Origin: an uncultured virus (IMG/VR IMGVR_UViG_3300025635_000024)
Taxonomy: Duplodnaviria; Heunggongvirae; Uroviricota; Caudoviricetes
Reading direction: 5' to 3' (one strand)
DNA: 64,000 nucleotides
IMG/VR virus record: IMGVR_UViG_3300025635_000024
Shown here: in pieces, positions 55,889-64,000 of the stretch
Position numbering within the stretch: the first letter of the stretch is position 1
How the letters are laid out: each line of letters opens with the position of its first letter
Position numbers and translations under genes: made by a program
Notes under the pieces: generated by a model
What the model saw: the letters and a program-made list of their open reading frames with translations, nothing else
Database searches by the model: none
Told to the model about the DNA's origin: nothing

Positions 55889-56218
55889 CTATTGGGTTGC
55901 TCTATCTAGACCTCTGTTAGAGGCTTCCTGTGAGCGCCAGACATCGATTCTGGCCTGTGCTGCTACCAACATCCACCTAAGTGTTTCTGCCTTCTCTACG
56001 GCCTCTTTAAGCCCGTCCAGAACCGCTAGATATTCTGGATGACTGTAGGCGTAGTTATCCTTATCGGCAATAGTGTTGCCTATTGCTACTGAGAACAACA
56101 TTGCTTTTTTGCTTTTGCGGAATTCTTCAAGGTAAGTAACCTGAGCCTTGGCCTGTGCGTACTCAGCAGAGTGCCGGATCATGTAGTTAATTGCTTCGTG
56201 AGGATCTATTGAGTTCAT
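55889..56218 (-). CDS. Conserved coiled-coil phage protein
   Basis: 109 aa helical, in operon. Confidence 0.6.
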   Translation of the reverse strand: MNSIDPHEAINYMIRHSAEYAQAKAQVTYLEEFRKSKKAMLFSVAIGNTIADKDNYAYSHPEYLAVLDGLKEAVEKAETLRWMLVAAQARIDVWRSQEASNRGLDRATQ

Positions 56219-56249
56219 ATTGGTAACCCAGCTTTCGCCGGGCCTTTTA

Positions 56250-56450
56250 TTAAGAAAATGTAGCTATTTGTTTTTCAGCACGTTCTACAGCTTCGTTCCA
56301 ATTGGCAACCCACTTAAATGACAAAGTTTCAATATCGTGAGCTTGATAACTTCCTTTATATCCACGAGCAAAAGTGAATGTTTTAGCCTTGTTATCACGA
56401 GTAATTTTTAGCCACTGAGTTTCATTGCGGACATATTTTTCTGTGTTCAT
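56250..56450 (-). CDS. Moron-like small protein with its own promoter
   Basis: AGGAG RBS; AT-rich upstream region with TTGCAC...TAATAT and a CACGAT-N6-ATCGTG palindrome. Confidence 0.6.
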   Translation of the reverse strand: MNTEKYVRNETQWLKITRDNKAKTFTFARGYKGSYQAHDIETLSFKWVANWNEAVERAEKQIATFS

Positions 56451-56521
56451 ATTTAGCTCCTAGTTATTGATATTGTGTTGCGTCAGAAGAATATTACCAC
56501 GATATTTTGATCGTGCAACAA

Positions 56522-56947
56522 TTATTTAGCAGCGTGTTGCCAGACATAATCGATAGCTTGTGCAAATTGTTTTCTTGTCAACGATAGCTGTAAGTTATCA
56601 GTTAGGACTAGTCCATCGCCTACCTGCTTTAGATCGCTACCAGATAAGCCCCATTTGCCAGATTTCTTGTGCCTTTCATCTACTTTCAGCATGGCATCTA
56701 GCCCTATCCTGATGTCTTTAGCCTGATCTTCCTTGCCAGCAGCGTTAGCAGCCACTAACCCAATATTTAGCCTAGCAACTATCGTATTCCAGCTACCCTC
56801 GTCCCCATAGCCCTCTCTCAGCTTCATAAGTTCAGCATGAGGCGCTAGTTGCAGGGCTGTTTCTGATTCCTCGTTATGCCTGATGGTCAGTGGTAGTGCT
56901 TTTGGTATGTACTTTCTAGCTTTTCTTGGCTTCTTGTTTGATGGCAT
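56522..56947 (-). CDS. Hypothetical phage protein
   Basis: 141 aa, in operon. Confidence 0.65.
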   Translation of the reverse strand: MPSNKKPRKARKYIPKALPLTIRHNEESETALQLAPHAELMKLREGYGDEGSWNTIVARLNIGLVAANAAGKEDQAKDIRIGLDAMLKVDERHKKSGKWGLSGSDLKQVGDGLVLTDNLQLSLTRKQFAQAIDYVWQHAAK

Positions 56948-57197
56948 TTATTGCTTCTTCTGCTGTTGTAATTATATTAACTTGACCTTGCCAGTTGTGA
57001 TGCCAGATAACCTGATCTGGTGTTAGTTTGGCTGCTTTATCCCGCTTAATCTCAAACATATAGTTTTTGCCCTTGTATCCAACCACTATGTCAGGACATC
57101 CACCATGTACACCATGTAAGTGCTGAACCGTCATTCCTGCGGCTCGTAGTTCCTTCACAATCTTGGTCTGGTTATCGTCTACCCGTTTGAAGGTCAT
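56916..57197 (-). CDS. PD-(D/E)XK endonuclease (VRR-NUC / resolvase-like)
   Basis: RVD.NQ..IV..LR, GCPDIVVG, FEIK, LTPDQ. Confidence 0.75.
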   Translation of the reverse strand: MTFKRVDDNQTKIVKELRAAGMTVQHLHGVHGGCPDIVVGYKGKNYMFEIKRDKAAKLTPDQVIWHHNWQGQVNIITTAEEAINAIKQEAKKS

Positions 57198-57595
57198 TTC
57201 ACAACACCCCATTGATTAGTACGTTTTTGGGCATCCCAGTTTTCAGCCAAAATTCCACCCTTTTTTCTATCTGCATTTGATTTTTTCTTTAACGTCTGAC
57301 GTTCAGATAAAACTTTATCATTTATAAAATGACATTCAATGTTACTCATCCAGTCTAGTGTTTTTATGTCTTGGGTTTTATCGGTATCCCATAACCTGTT
57401 AGCCAAAGGTTTCATATTATTCGCAACCATAACCCTTACTTGTTCTGCCCATGCAATTTTTTTAGGTATACGCTTTAGCTTTCTATCCATCAATTTAATT
57501 TCATAGGGGGTAAGCCATTTTTCAAGTTCCGTCATACGGATACCAGCCCTAAAAGCCTTAATTAACATTGCGTCATATATTCTTTGCTTATCCAC
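57194..57595 (-). CDS. Hypothetical protein (AT-rich)
   Basis: 133 aa ORF with coupled ends. Confidence 0.55.
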   Translation of the reverse strand: MDKQRIYDAMLIKAFRAGIRMTELEKWLTPYEIKLMDRKLKRIPKKIAWAEQVRVMVANNMKPLANRLWDTDKTQDIKTLDWMSNIECHFINDKVLSERQTLKKKSNADRKKGGILAENWDAQKRTNQWGVVK

Positions 57596-57857
57596 GCCAA
57601 TCTCCTTTTATTCCCCTATTGCCCTTAGCCCACTGCTCTCTAGTGTCGTGTTCTAGCTTGTTTGCAGCCGCCTCATCCCGCTTTTGTCGTACTTTATTAA
57701 GATAACTAACTGCTTTGTCGCGATTTTCTGCTCTCCACCTAAGTACCTGCCTGACCTCGCACTGGTGTCTGTATTCCTCAGATGAATGAAAATTCATTGA
57801 AAATTCATGCAGCTTTGAATCTTCCTCTGTTGTCATAGTCACTCGGTTGACCCTCAA
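57588..57857 (-). CDS. Hypothetical phage protein
   Basis: RHQCEVR..L and QW.KGNRG motifs; start uncertain. Confidence 0.55.
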   Translation of the reverse strand: MRVNRVTMTTEEDSKLHEFSMNFHSSEEYRHQCEVRQVLRWRAENRDKAVSYLNKVRQKRDEAAANKLEHDTREQWAKGNRGIKGDWRG

Positions 57858-58764
57858 ATCGCTCTATAAACTGGCTAGAATCCCTGTGGAACCAGAACGG
57901 ATACCAGTCCGTACTTTCCCCATTCCGCTGCTTCTCGTTCATCAGGATCATATCTGGACTCTGAGGATCAATCTCCTGACCCTTCTGAATATCGTTTTCT
58001 TTCTTTTTGTTGCGCCACACAATAAACACGTTGTCTACCTGATCCGTAATCGAAGACGATCCTCGTAGGTCATTCTTGTTCGGCATCAACTCATCCGACT
58101 GGAGCTTTCGGATATGGTGAATCAGGTGGATATGGCAGTCGTGATCCCTAGCCAGAGCAGTCATCTCGTCTACAAACTTCTTCTGACCGTTATAGTCATC
58201 CTCCCCGGAAATAATTTTCATCAACGAATCCACAAAAAAGTGCTGCACACCTAGTTCTACGGCGCAATATCTTGCCACTGAGATAATCTGTTCCGCAGAC
58301 GTAGTTCCCTGCTGGTCATAGAACCAAAGATTGCCTTGTGCAAAAGCCTTAAAACGGGCGTATAAGGCGCGTTTGTAGGGTTCCCCTTGTCTGGATGCCT
58401 CCCAGTCGATATTTTCGCCTGCAAACTGCCTTAAAAGCCGTTTAATCGATACTCTAGGTTTCATCTCAAAGCTGGCAATACAACATTTCTGCTCAGACTT
58501 GATTAAACCCAGTGCAACCTGACCTGTCAGCAGGGACTTACCGCCACCATTGGAACCTGCCCAAACCGTTACCTCACCCGGCCTGAAAGCAAACGACTTT
58601 GTGGCTTCCCAGACCATAGGAACAGACCGATCCACCAGCGGGTTATCGATCTGGTCTTCAAGCTCGTCAATCCAAACTGAAGCGTCTTTGACTAGGTACT
58701 TGTGGTCTGTAGCGTGTAGATAAGCAGAGAAATCAATATTGTCAGTCAGGTACATAGTCATCAT
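57805..58764 (-). CDS. DnaB/T7 gp4-like replicative helicase (SF4)
   Basis: GEVTVWAGSNGGGKS, SFEM, VDSL, HHIRK, LRGSSSITD, KQRNG. Confidence 0.88.
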   Translation of the reverse strand: MMTMYLTDNIDFSAYLHATDHKYLVKDASVWIDELEDQIDNPLVDRSVPMVWEATKSFAFRPGEVTVWAGSNGGGKSLLTGQVALGLIKSEQKCCIASFEMKPRVSIKRLLRQFAGENIDWEASRQGEPYKRALYARFKAFAQGNLWFYDQQGTTSAEQIISVARYCAVELGVQHFFVDSLMKIISGEDDYNGQKKFVDEMTALARDHDCHIHLIHHIRKLQSDELMPNKNDLRGSSSITDQVDNVFIVWRNKKKENDIQKGQEIDPQSPDMILMNEKQRNGESTDWYPFWFHRDSSQFIERFEGQPSDYDNRGRFKAA

Positions 58765-59083
58765 ATTCCTCAAGATTATTTATCAATATTTGTCCGGACA
58801 CTGTGTGTACACGTAATGCCTTAGCTGCCAGAAATGCGTTATGCAGTGCTTTGACCTTTTGGTACGGCTCACGGGTTGTTATGTGTACTGGCAAGCCTAC
58901 AGCAAACCTGAGATCCAAAGCATTGATATTTTCTATCGGCAATATTTCCACATCAGCAAATTCTATCGAGTGACGATGCCAGACAGCCCATGACTTTGTT
59001 TTGTCTTCACCGTAGTGGACGAAGATAGCTTTAGGAGCAACCCTATCAAGACGCATCTTGATAATCTCTTGGTGGCCTCTCAT
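58742..59083 (-). CDS. Hypothetical replication-module protein
   Basis: Coupled between initiator and helicase. Confidence 0.6.
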   Translation of the reverse strand: MRGHQEIIKMRLDRVAPKAIFVHYGEDKTKSWAVWHRHSIEFADVEILPIENINALDLRFAVGLPVHITTREPYQKVKALHNAFLAAKALRVHTVSGQILINNLEEYDDYVPD

Positions 59084-59742
59084 TTGATTCTAAGTTTCCA
59101 CTCAGGAATATTGTTCTCAGGCATTGCAGGTTTCTGGAACCGCTGATTACGAACCCAGTTACGCCAAGTAGCGTCCCAGTCCTTCTTTACACCTTTAGCA
59201 CCAGCAACGCTAATCCAGTAATCCTTGAAGCCAGCAGAGACTTTAACTGGATCTAGGTCTGGTCTTTCCTGCTTGCAGAACTGCTTTTGGTCTTCAGACA
59301 ATTCCCAGTCTTGAGATAAACGAGTTCCACGAGTGCTTACTATATTGGTTATTGGTTTATGGTTATTGGTTAGTTGAACGTCCGCTGAACTACTGTTCAA
59401 CACCTGTTCATCACCTGTTGAACTGCTGTTAAGCCGCTGTCGTGCAGATGCTTTACCACCACGAGATTTTTTCTCAATAAATGACCGATATTCCGCAATT
59501 TCTTGATCACAACGTGAATGTAACCATTGATCCCCATCCAACTTAAAGAACGAAGAAAGTATCAAATCAACATCATTTTCTGAAACAGCAAGCTGGAAAG
59601 CTAGTGTTCGTAAATCATTTTTTATTGGTTTTTCTGAGTCGTAATACATCCAGAGCATCCGCAAATATGTCATTGTTTGCGTGTCTGTTAGGCGCGAAGT
59701 GGCCTTAATAAAGTCACCGATATGATGCTGGTAATAGTGCAT
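59080..59742 (-). CDS. YdaU/DUF1376-family replication initiator
   Basis: MHYYQHHIGDF...T..L; C-terminal F.DYW......KKDW.ATWRNW. Confidence 0.85.
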   Translation of the reverse strand: MHYYQHHIGDFIKATSRLTDTQTMTYLRMLWMYYDSEKPIKNDLRTLAFQLAVSENDVDLILSSFFKLDGDQWLHSRCDQEIAEYRSFIEKKSRGGKASARQRLNSSSTGDEQVLNSSSADVQLTNNHKPITNIVSTRGTRLSQDWELSEDQKQFCKQERPDLDPVKVSAGFKDYWISVAGAKGVKKDWDATWRNWVRNQRFQKPAMPENNIPEWKLRIK

Positions 59743-59744
59743 AT

Positions 59745-59832
59745 CTGCCTCACGTTATTGGCTGTCGTTACTGGTGGGATGAGGCAGGACGGTAACGAAT
59801 CGTCTTTTCGGGAGCTACCCTAGCCGTTCCCG
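59745..59832 (-). promoter_or_regulatory. Putative structured 5' leader of the initiator gene
   Basis: Interleaved inverted repeats; one arm is the RBS region. Confidence 0.45.
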
Positions 59833-59912
59833 TTGATTATACGGACTTGTTTCTAATACTACAAGACCGACAAACTTCACTTTTCTCAAACTGTATTCCA
59901 CTACGGGAACGC

Positions 59913-60284
59913 TTACACTTTGGACAAACCCTCATTCCGAAAAAATGTGTCTTTGACGTTGCTAACACACGTTTTAAATGATCTTTCGGCAATTTGTTGT
60001 CCACGGGGAGAAACCTTTGGTAAAAATGTCTTTAACGGCTTAAATTCTGGCTGATATTTAGCTGGCACTATGTCCATTACAACAGCCATTTTTTCAGGCT
60101 GTCCAACAGGGAAGTATACATTACCTATCTTTCGGAGTTTCTGATAATTAACTAAAGTCTGTAACTCGCTCTTTAAATCATAGGTTTTTTCAAGGCCAAA
60201 TAGCCCAAAATTCATCAGGAACGACTCAGCAGTCATCCCGCCAAACTTATGGAATACTTCTAGGATACGTTCCCTACGACTCAT
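59913..60284 (-). CDS. Hypothetical protein (possible winged helix)
   Basis: 123 aa; ATGA coupling. Confidence 0.55.
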   Translation of the reverse strand: MSRRERILEVFHKFGGMTAESFLMNFGLFGLEKTYDLKSELQTLVNYQKLRKIGNVYFPVGQPEKMAVVMDIVPAKYQPEFKPLKTFLPKVSPRGQQIAERSFKTCVSNVKDTFFRNEGLSKV

Positions 60285-60322
60285 CCGTTCTTCTCCTTCA
60301 GGATTAGTTCTCTGTCTGTCAT
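60281..60322 (-). pseudogene. 13-aa remnant ORF MTDRELILKEKNG
   Basis: Start and end resemble the termini of phage B 21895..22239; translational coupling is kept at both ends. Confidence 0.5.
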
Positions 60323-60570
60323 AACTCCTCCCCGTTATCTTCAGCGGCTTTGTTCAGGCGTTGTAGTGCAGTCTCTCCTTGTGCTTTATCTTTATGGCAG
60401 TTGATCTGCGTTATCGCTTGTGGTGCTGTCGGATAAACGTACTGCCGTTGGTCTATCGTCAGGTCATCGGTAAACCGCAACGCACTAACTAACGCTGGTG
60501 TCATTGCCGTGTATTGCTTTGGGTTCGGCTCGTCTGGGCAGATCGTAATTGTGTACGGTAATTTAGCCAT
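60319..60570 (-). CDS. Hypothetical protein (MAKLPYTIT...AAEDNGEEL)
   Basis: AGGA RBS; start reset to 60570. Confidence 0.6.
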   Translation of the reverse strand: MAKLPYTITICPDEPNPKQYTAMTPALVSALRFTDDLTIDQRQYVYPTAPQAITQINCHKDKAQGETALQRLNKAAEDNGEEL

Positions 60571-60853
60571 GATTACTTTCCTTTGCTTTATCAAGAATAA
60601 CTTTCGCTTTTTGTACGCCATCCCAAGTGTTAGGTACGCCACGGATAACTGTCCCCAACGCTTCCACCAACTCCGCATTCATCTCGTGCAGTCGTTTACG
60701 CTCTTGCTCTAACTCGGCTGCATATCGCCATCCTTCTCGTTGTGATTGATGCAGTCGGCGTAGTTCTGCATCTGCTAAGGTATGCCACCAGCCATCACGC
60801 TCAGCAAAAGCAAAATCAGCCAGCCTTAATGCTTCTGGTTGTTTGTCAGTCAT
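60563..60853 (-). CDS. Hypothetical protein (MTDKQPEALRLA...)
   Basis: GGAG RBS; ATGA coupling. Confidence 0.6.
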   Translation of the reverse strand: MTDKQPEALRLADFAFAERDGWWHTLADAELRRLHQSQREGWRYAAELEQERKRLHEMNAELVEALGTVIRGVPNTWDGVQKAKVILDKAKESNHG

Positions 60854-61200
60854 TGTTCTCTCCTTGCGCGGATAGCGTTTGCAACACCACTGGGACAACT
60901 GTCACAACGCGGCTCATATGATTCAGCCACCTTCGCACACGCCTCATTCTCATCCTTGCGACCTTCTGCTATGCCGTTAATCATGGCGCGATTCCAATTC
61001 TCTGCAATTTGCCAGTCTAGTTCTGCCAGCATGTCTTCAGTCGTTTCACCATGCCCAGTTGCATAGCTACGTTGAATCATCCACCACGCTACTTTCTCTC
61101 GCTCATCCTTGCGACCTGCTGCATAGGCTTCTCTAACCGCGACACAGGCAGGGCGTTGACATTGGTCATGGCAGGTATGGATGCTGTCTTCTTTGTTCAT
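60850..61200 (-). CDS. Hypothetical protein (MNKEDSIHTC...ANAIRAR)
   Basis: Start reset to 61200 (ATGA coupling, GAGG RBS). Confidence 0.65.
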   Translation of the reverse strand: MNKEDSIHTCHDQCQRPACVAVREAYAAGRKDEREKVAWWMIQRSYATGHGETTEDMLAELDWQIAENWNRAMINGIAEGRKDENEACAKVAESYEPRCDSCPSGVANAIRARREQ

Positions 61201-61376
61201 AGTCGGTGACCTCTCATAACCCGGCATTTCTCACGATCCTGCTGGCTAAAGTCAGGGCTTATCTCTGATACAGAACAAGGGATCCTGACTACGTTATGAG
61301 CCTTAATACCCCAGTAAATAGCCAATCCACCACATATAAATGTAAATATCAAAATAGCAATTTCAGCAACTTTCAT
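61197..61376 (-). CDS. Small membrane protein with C-x3-EISPD...C motif
   Basis: Hand translation; homologue of 24316..24498. Confidence 0.65.
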   Translation of the reverse strand: MKVAEIAILIFTFICGGLAIYWGIKAHNVVRIPCSVSEISPDFSQQDREKCRVMRGHRL

Positions 61377-61406
61377 AGTTTTCTCCGTTAGTTGTGCTGC
61401 CGAAAC

Positions 61407-61508
61407 ATAATGCTGCTTTGGCGAAATCCTGTCAATAGAATTTCTATATCGTAATATTCCACTTAATTAAAATTATTCATTGACATAGTTATTGCATTGG
61501 TGCATTAT
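61407..61508. promoter_or_regulatory. Back-to-back sigma70 promoters, both TTGACA-17-CATTAT
   Basis: Minus: -35 at 61435-61430, -10 at 61412-61407. Plus: -35 at 61480-61485, -10 at 61503-61508. Confidence 0.75.
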
Positions 61509-61544
61509 TCCTATACCGCAATCGCGGATTACTAGGAGATCAAT

Positions 61545-61820
61545 ATGAATAAATATGAGTTGCAATATTACTATCTTAATGAGATACAAACAGGCCATCC
61601 AGACGATTTCCTGTGCGACCTAAGTGCTGATGTAATACAGGAAGAATTCAGCAATCTACTGTCAGTCTGGGCTAATAACCGTCTTGATGCAAATAAGTTG
61701 CGTCAGGCTCTTAGCAATGAAATAGGAGCAATGATCTGTCGTGCTACCAAGTCAGCACCAGACGTTATTCTTACAGCAGAAGATTATCAAGACTATGCAG
61801 ACGAATTGAGGAGAGACTAA
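61545..61820 (+). CDS. Hypothetical early protein
   Basis: AGGAG RBS. Confidence 0.65.
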   Translation: MNKYELQYYYLNEIQTGHPDDFLCDLSADVIQEEFSNLLSVWANNRLDANKLRQALSNEIGAMICRATKSAPDVILTAEDYQDYADELRRD

Positions 61821-62014
61821 TGGATAACTCAATTATTGCAGAAGTACGCACTATTGCTTATAAAGAAGGCATTGCAGAAGGTTTTGAGATTGCCCGTCAG
61901 ATGCTTTGTAAGTCACTAGGTGAAGACCTTGATAGCTTTGGCAAGGCTTGCGCTCACGTTGATAAATTGATATGGGAGAAAGCACGTTATGAAAAAGCTA
62001 TTTTCGACGAATGA
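61820..62014 (+). CDS. Hypothetical early protein
   Basis: GAGGAG RBS; TAATG coupling. Confidence 0.65.
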   Translation: MDNSIIAEVRTIAYKEGIAEGFEIARQMLCKSLGEDLDSFGKACAHVDKLIWEKARYEKAIFDE

Positions 62015-62083
62015 CTGGTTTGCTAGACATCCAGTCTGCACTGGTGCAATAATGGTCTTTCTTTATCTTTTAGCCTGTTCAAT

Positions 62084-62257
62084 ATGAGTAAATCAATCCT
62101 AGATCCATCGTTTAAATATGTCTCAGCCGCTAATACAAACATTGCTAAGACGTTTGCAAAGATTCGCAAGGATCAGCAAGTTAAGACTAAGCCGTTACCG
62201 CCTGTTCAGGAAGTTCGGCAATTCAATATTATGCAGTATAAAAAATTCAAAGGATAA
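62084..62257 (+). CDS. 57-aa hypothetical protein (MSKSILDPSFKYV...)
   Basis: Hand translation; preceded by a coupled 32-aa hydrophobic ORF at 61989..62087. Confidence 0.55.
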   Translation: MSKSILDPSFKYVSAANTNIAKTFAKIRKDQQVKTKPLPPVQEVRQFNIMQYKKFKG

Positions 62258-62260
62258 ATA

Positions 62261-62884
62261 ATGTCTGAATATCAAGTATACGCAAAGCTGCAAAAAGCTA
62301 GGATCAAACTACAATCAGCAGCCATTAAGAAGTCAGGACACAATAAATTCGCAGGTTATCAGTATTTCGAGCTTGGTGATTTTCTTCCTACCATTAACGA
62401 GATATTCAATGAACTTGGACTCTGCTCAGTCATCAGCTTTGATAAAGAGTTGGCTACTCTACGCATTATCGATACTGATAATGGTGGGAGCATTACATTT
62501 ACTAGCCCGATGGCTGATGCTCACCTGAAAGGCTGTCATCCTATCCAGAACCTCGGAGCAGTAGAAACATATAGCCGCCGTTACTTATACGTTACAGCGC
62601 TTGAGATCGTAGAACACGATGCTCTTGATGCTACAACAGGCCAAGATACGCCCAAGTCTGCAAAGCCCATTACTAAAGACGTATTTGACAGCATGACCTC
62701 TGAGGAACAAGAGGCAATCCGCAGTATCGGAGTACAAGTTATCTCCCTACTGGCTATGGACGATGTGGAAGGTGCTGTTCAGTATATTGAACAATGCGAA
62801 TTGGATGCAGATTCCAAAACCGCCCTATGGAGTCTGTTGGATAGTAAACAACGGGCAGCAATTAAGAAATTCACTACAAGGTAA
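62261..62884 (+). CDS. erf: ERF-family ssDNA annealing protein
   Basis: IKKSGHNKF..Y.YFEL.D, Q.LGAVETYSRRY, EHD.LD. Confidence 0.85.
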   Translation: MSEYQVYAKLQKARIKLQSAAIKKSGHNKFAGYQYFELGDFLPTINEIFNELGLCSVISFDKELATLRIIDTDNGGSITFTSPMADAHLKGCHPIQNLGAVETYSRRYLYVTALEIVEHDALDATTGQDTPKSAKPITKDVFDSMTSEEQEAIRSIGVQVISLLAMDDVEGAVQYIEQCELDADSKTALWSLLDSKQRAAIKKFTTR

Positions 62885-62886
62885 AT

Positions 62887-63132
62887 ATGAGCAATTTTGA
62901 CAATACTAATCGTGGGATTCTCTCTAAGAATCTCAATAAGACAGCCGATAATCATCCAGAATACTCTGGTTCTATCAATATAGATGGCACAGATTACTGG
63001 CTATCTGCATGGATTAAAGAATCCAGCAAAGACGGTAAGAAGTTTTTTAGCTTGTCAGTAAAACCTAAAGATTCTGTTAAGCAGAAACCTAAAGCAAAAG
63101 ACGATCTGCCTATAGATGATGTGCCGTTCTGA
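62887..63132 (+). CDS. Small SSB-like protein
   Basis: PEYSG.I..DG..YWLSAW, acidic DDVPF C-terminus; follows ERF. Confidence 0.7.
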   Translation: MSNFDNTNRGILSKNLNKTADNHPEYSGSINIDGTDYWLSAWIKESSKDGKKFFSLSVKPKDSVKQKPKAKDDLPIDDVPF

Positions 63133-63137
63133 TCTAC

Positions 63138-63212
63138 GGCCTGAAAGCGGATACTGTGAAGTGGGTAGCTGGGATTTAATCACCGCCAGCCACAGACGCA
63201 GCGAGTAAGGCC
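63138..63212 (+). ncRNA. Putative structured RNA (GAAAGCGGAUACUG...CAGACGCAGCGAGUA), phage A copy
   Basis: Closing stem GGCCU/AGGCC, inner stem CUGUG/CACAG; 5 nt after the SSB stop. Confidence 0.65.
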
Positions 63213-63220
63213 ACCTAATA

Positions 63221-63301
63221 CGCCAAGCTAGGAGTGGCGCGTAACCCTAGCAGCAGGGGCTGAGTCCTCCTTCGTAATGCTCCAAAACTCAGTGACCCTG
63301 C
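63221..63301 (+). ncRNA. Putative pseudoknot plus hairpin with anti-Shine-Dalgarno-like loop
   Basis: CGCCA/TGGCG crossed with GCTAGG/CCTAGC, then GCAGGG-CTGAGT/ACTCAG-CCCTGC stem with loop CCTCCTT... Confidence 0.5.
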
Positions 63302-63362
63302 ACAATTTATAAAGTAAATACCATATACAGCTTTATATATTTGTATATACCATAGGAGATTT

Positions 63363-63557
63363 ATGAAACTGCTAGACGAACTGCAAAAACGCCTTGATGC
63401 ACCTAATGACCGTCAACTGGCTGCAAAACTTAATCTATCTACACCAGTAATTAGCCGCATTAGAACTGGTAAAAATGGCGTTAGTGCAGAAATTATGATT
63501 CATCTACATGAACTGCTAGGTATGTCTATTGCTGAGATCAAGGAGCTTTGCAAGTGA
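63363..63557 (+). CDS. Cro/XRE-like HTH protein
   Basis: DRQLAAKLNLSTPVISRIRTG. Confidence 0.8.
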   Translation: MKLLDELQKRLDAPNDRQLAAKLNLSTPVISRIRTGKNGVSAEIMIHLHELLGMSIAEIKELCK

Positions 63558-63862
63558 CTTGGAATATTACAGAACTAGACGTTATACGGTGGGCTGAAGC
63601 TAGAGGAATTGTAGCTAATTCAGACTCCAAGACGCAGTTACTCAAAGCAGTATCTGAAATGGGAGAACTAGCAGATGCCATTATTAAACGGGATCGACCT
63701 GCTATTATTGATGGCATTGGTGATGTGCTTGTTTGTCTTATTGTGGTGGGGGCTTTAGAGGATATTAGCCTGACACACTGTCTAGAATCAGCCTATAACG
63801 AGATTAAAAACCGCAGAGGCTTCCTTAATAAAGATGGAGTATTCGTCAAAGATGGGAGTTAA
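63548..63862 (+). CDS. MazG-like NTP pyrophosphohydrolase
   Basis: WAEARG, K..SE.GEL, DGIGDVLV, AYNEIK.R.G. Confidence 0.85.
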   Translation: MQVTWNITELDVIRWAEARGIVANSDSKTQLLKAVSEMGELADAIIKRDRPAIIDGIGDVLVCLIVVGALEDISLTHCLESAYNEIKNRRGFLNKDGVFVKDGS

Positions 63863-64000
63863 ACCAACAGTAGAACTCTATGCAGAATCTATTAAATATC
63901 TACTCAACAATGAAACCACAATACATCAATTCTCTGAGGCTACAGGATTCCATGTAGTAACGTCAGGAAGAATACTTAGGGTATTCCATAAATATAAGCT
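63852..64000 (+). CDS. Partial hypothetical protein
   Basis: Open frame MGVKPTVELYAES... to the window edge. Confidence 0.45.
   Translation, partial: MGVKPTVELYAESIKYLLNNETTIHQFSEATGFHVVTSGRILRVFHKYK

Larger units (their letters stand above)
41007..64000. mobile_element. Phage A, right part (replication, packaging and head genes); continues at 1-4180 with tail genes
   Basis: Second, unrelated set of terS/terL/portal/scaffold/MCP and a different replication module. Its tail gene order resumes at the left end of the window. Confidence 0.85.

Noticed and set aside
62486..62495. 10-nt complement of the phage A hairpin loop inside erf
   Set aside because: Mid-gene, only 10 nt, and expected by chance at this genome size.
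63138..63301. tRNA gene
   Set aside because: No T-loop GTTCRA, D-loop or cloverleaf; no tRNA recognised anywhere in the window.
1..64000. Alternative genetic code or stop-codon reassignment
   Set aside because: Core genes are full length and tightly packed under the standard code.

Overview
The window is entirely tailed-phage DNA (podovirus-like gene content, Gram-negative host inferred from the spanin pair), and it holds two different phage genomes, one nested in the other. Phage A (about 1-4180 and 41007-64000, incomplete) has a YdaU/DUF1376 initiator, DnaB-like helicase, ERF annealase, glycosyltransferases, a ParB-methyltransferase, terminase, portal, capsid and a P22-like tail. Phage B is an apparently complete 36,827-bp circular permutation with family-A DNA polymerase, primase-helicase, SNF2 helicase, DUF2800/DUF2815 genes, a GH19 endolysin with Rz/Rz1, and its own terminase, portal, capsid and tail. 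Phage B is bounded by two copies of a shared ~2.8-kb chaperone-like ORF plus fibre cassette containing a 515-bp perfect repeat (4180-4694 = 41007-41521). No integrase is visible, so this is either an assembly chimera or a homologous-recombination co-integrate. The two phages also share near-identical micro-modules in small-ORF regions, a cassette of small basic proteins, and a covarying structured-RNA motif directly after each SSB-like gene. One lysis-region gene appears to need an AUU start. All family assignments are from motif recognition by eye; no database searches were run.
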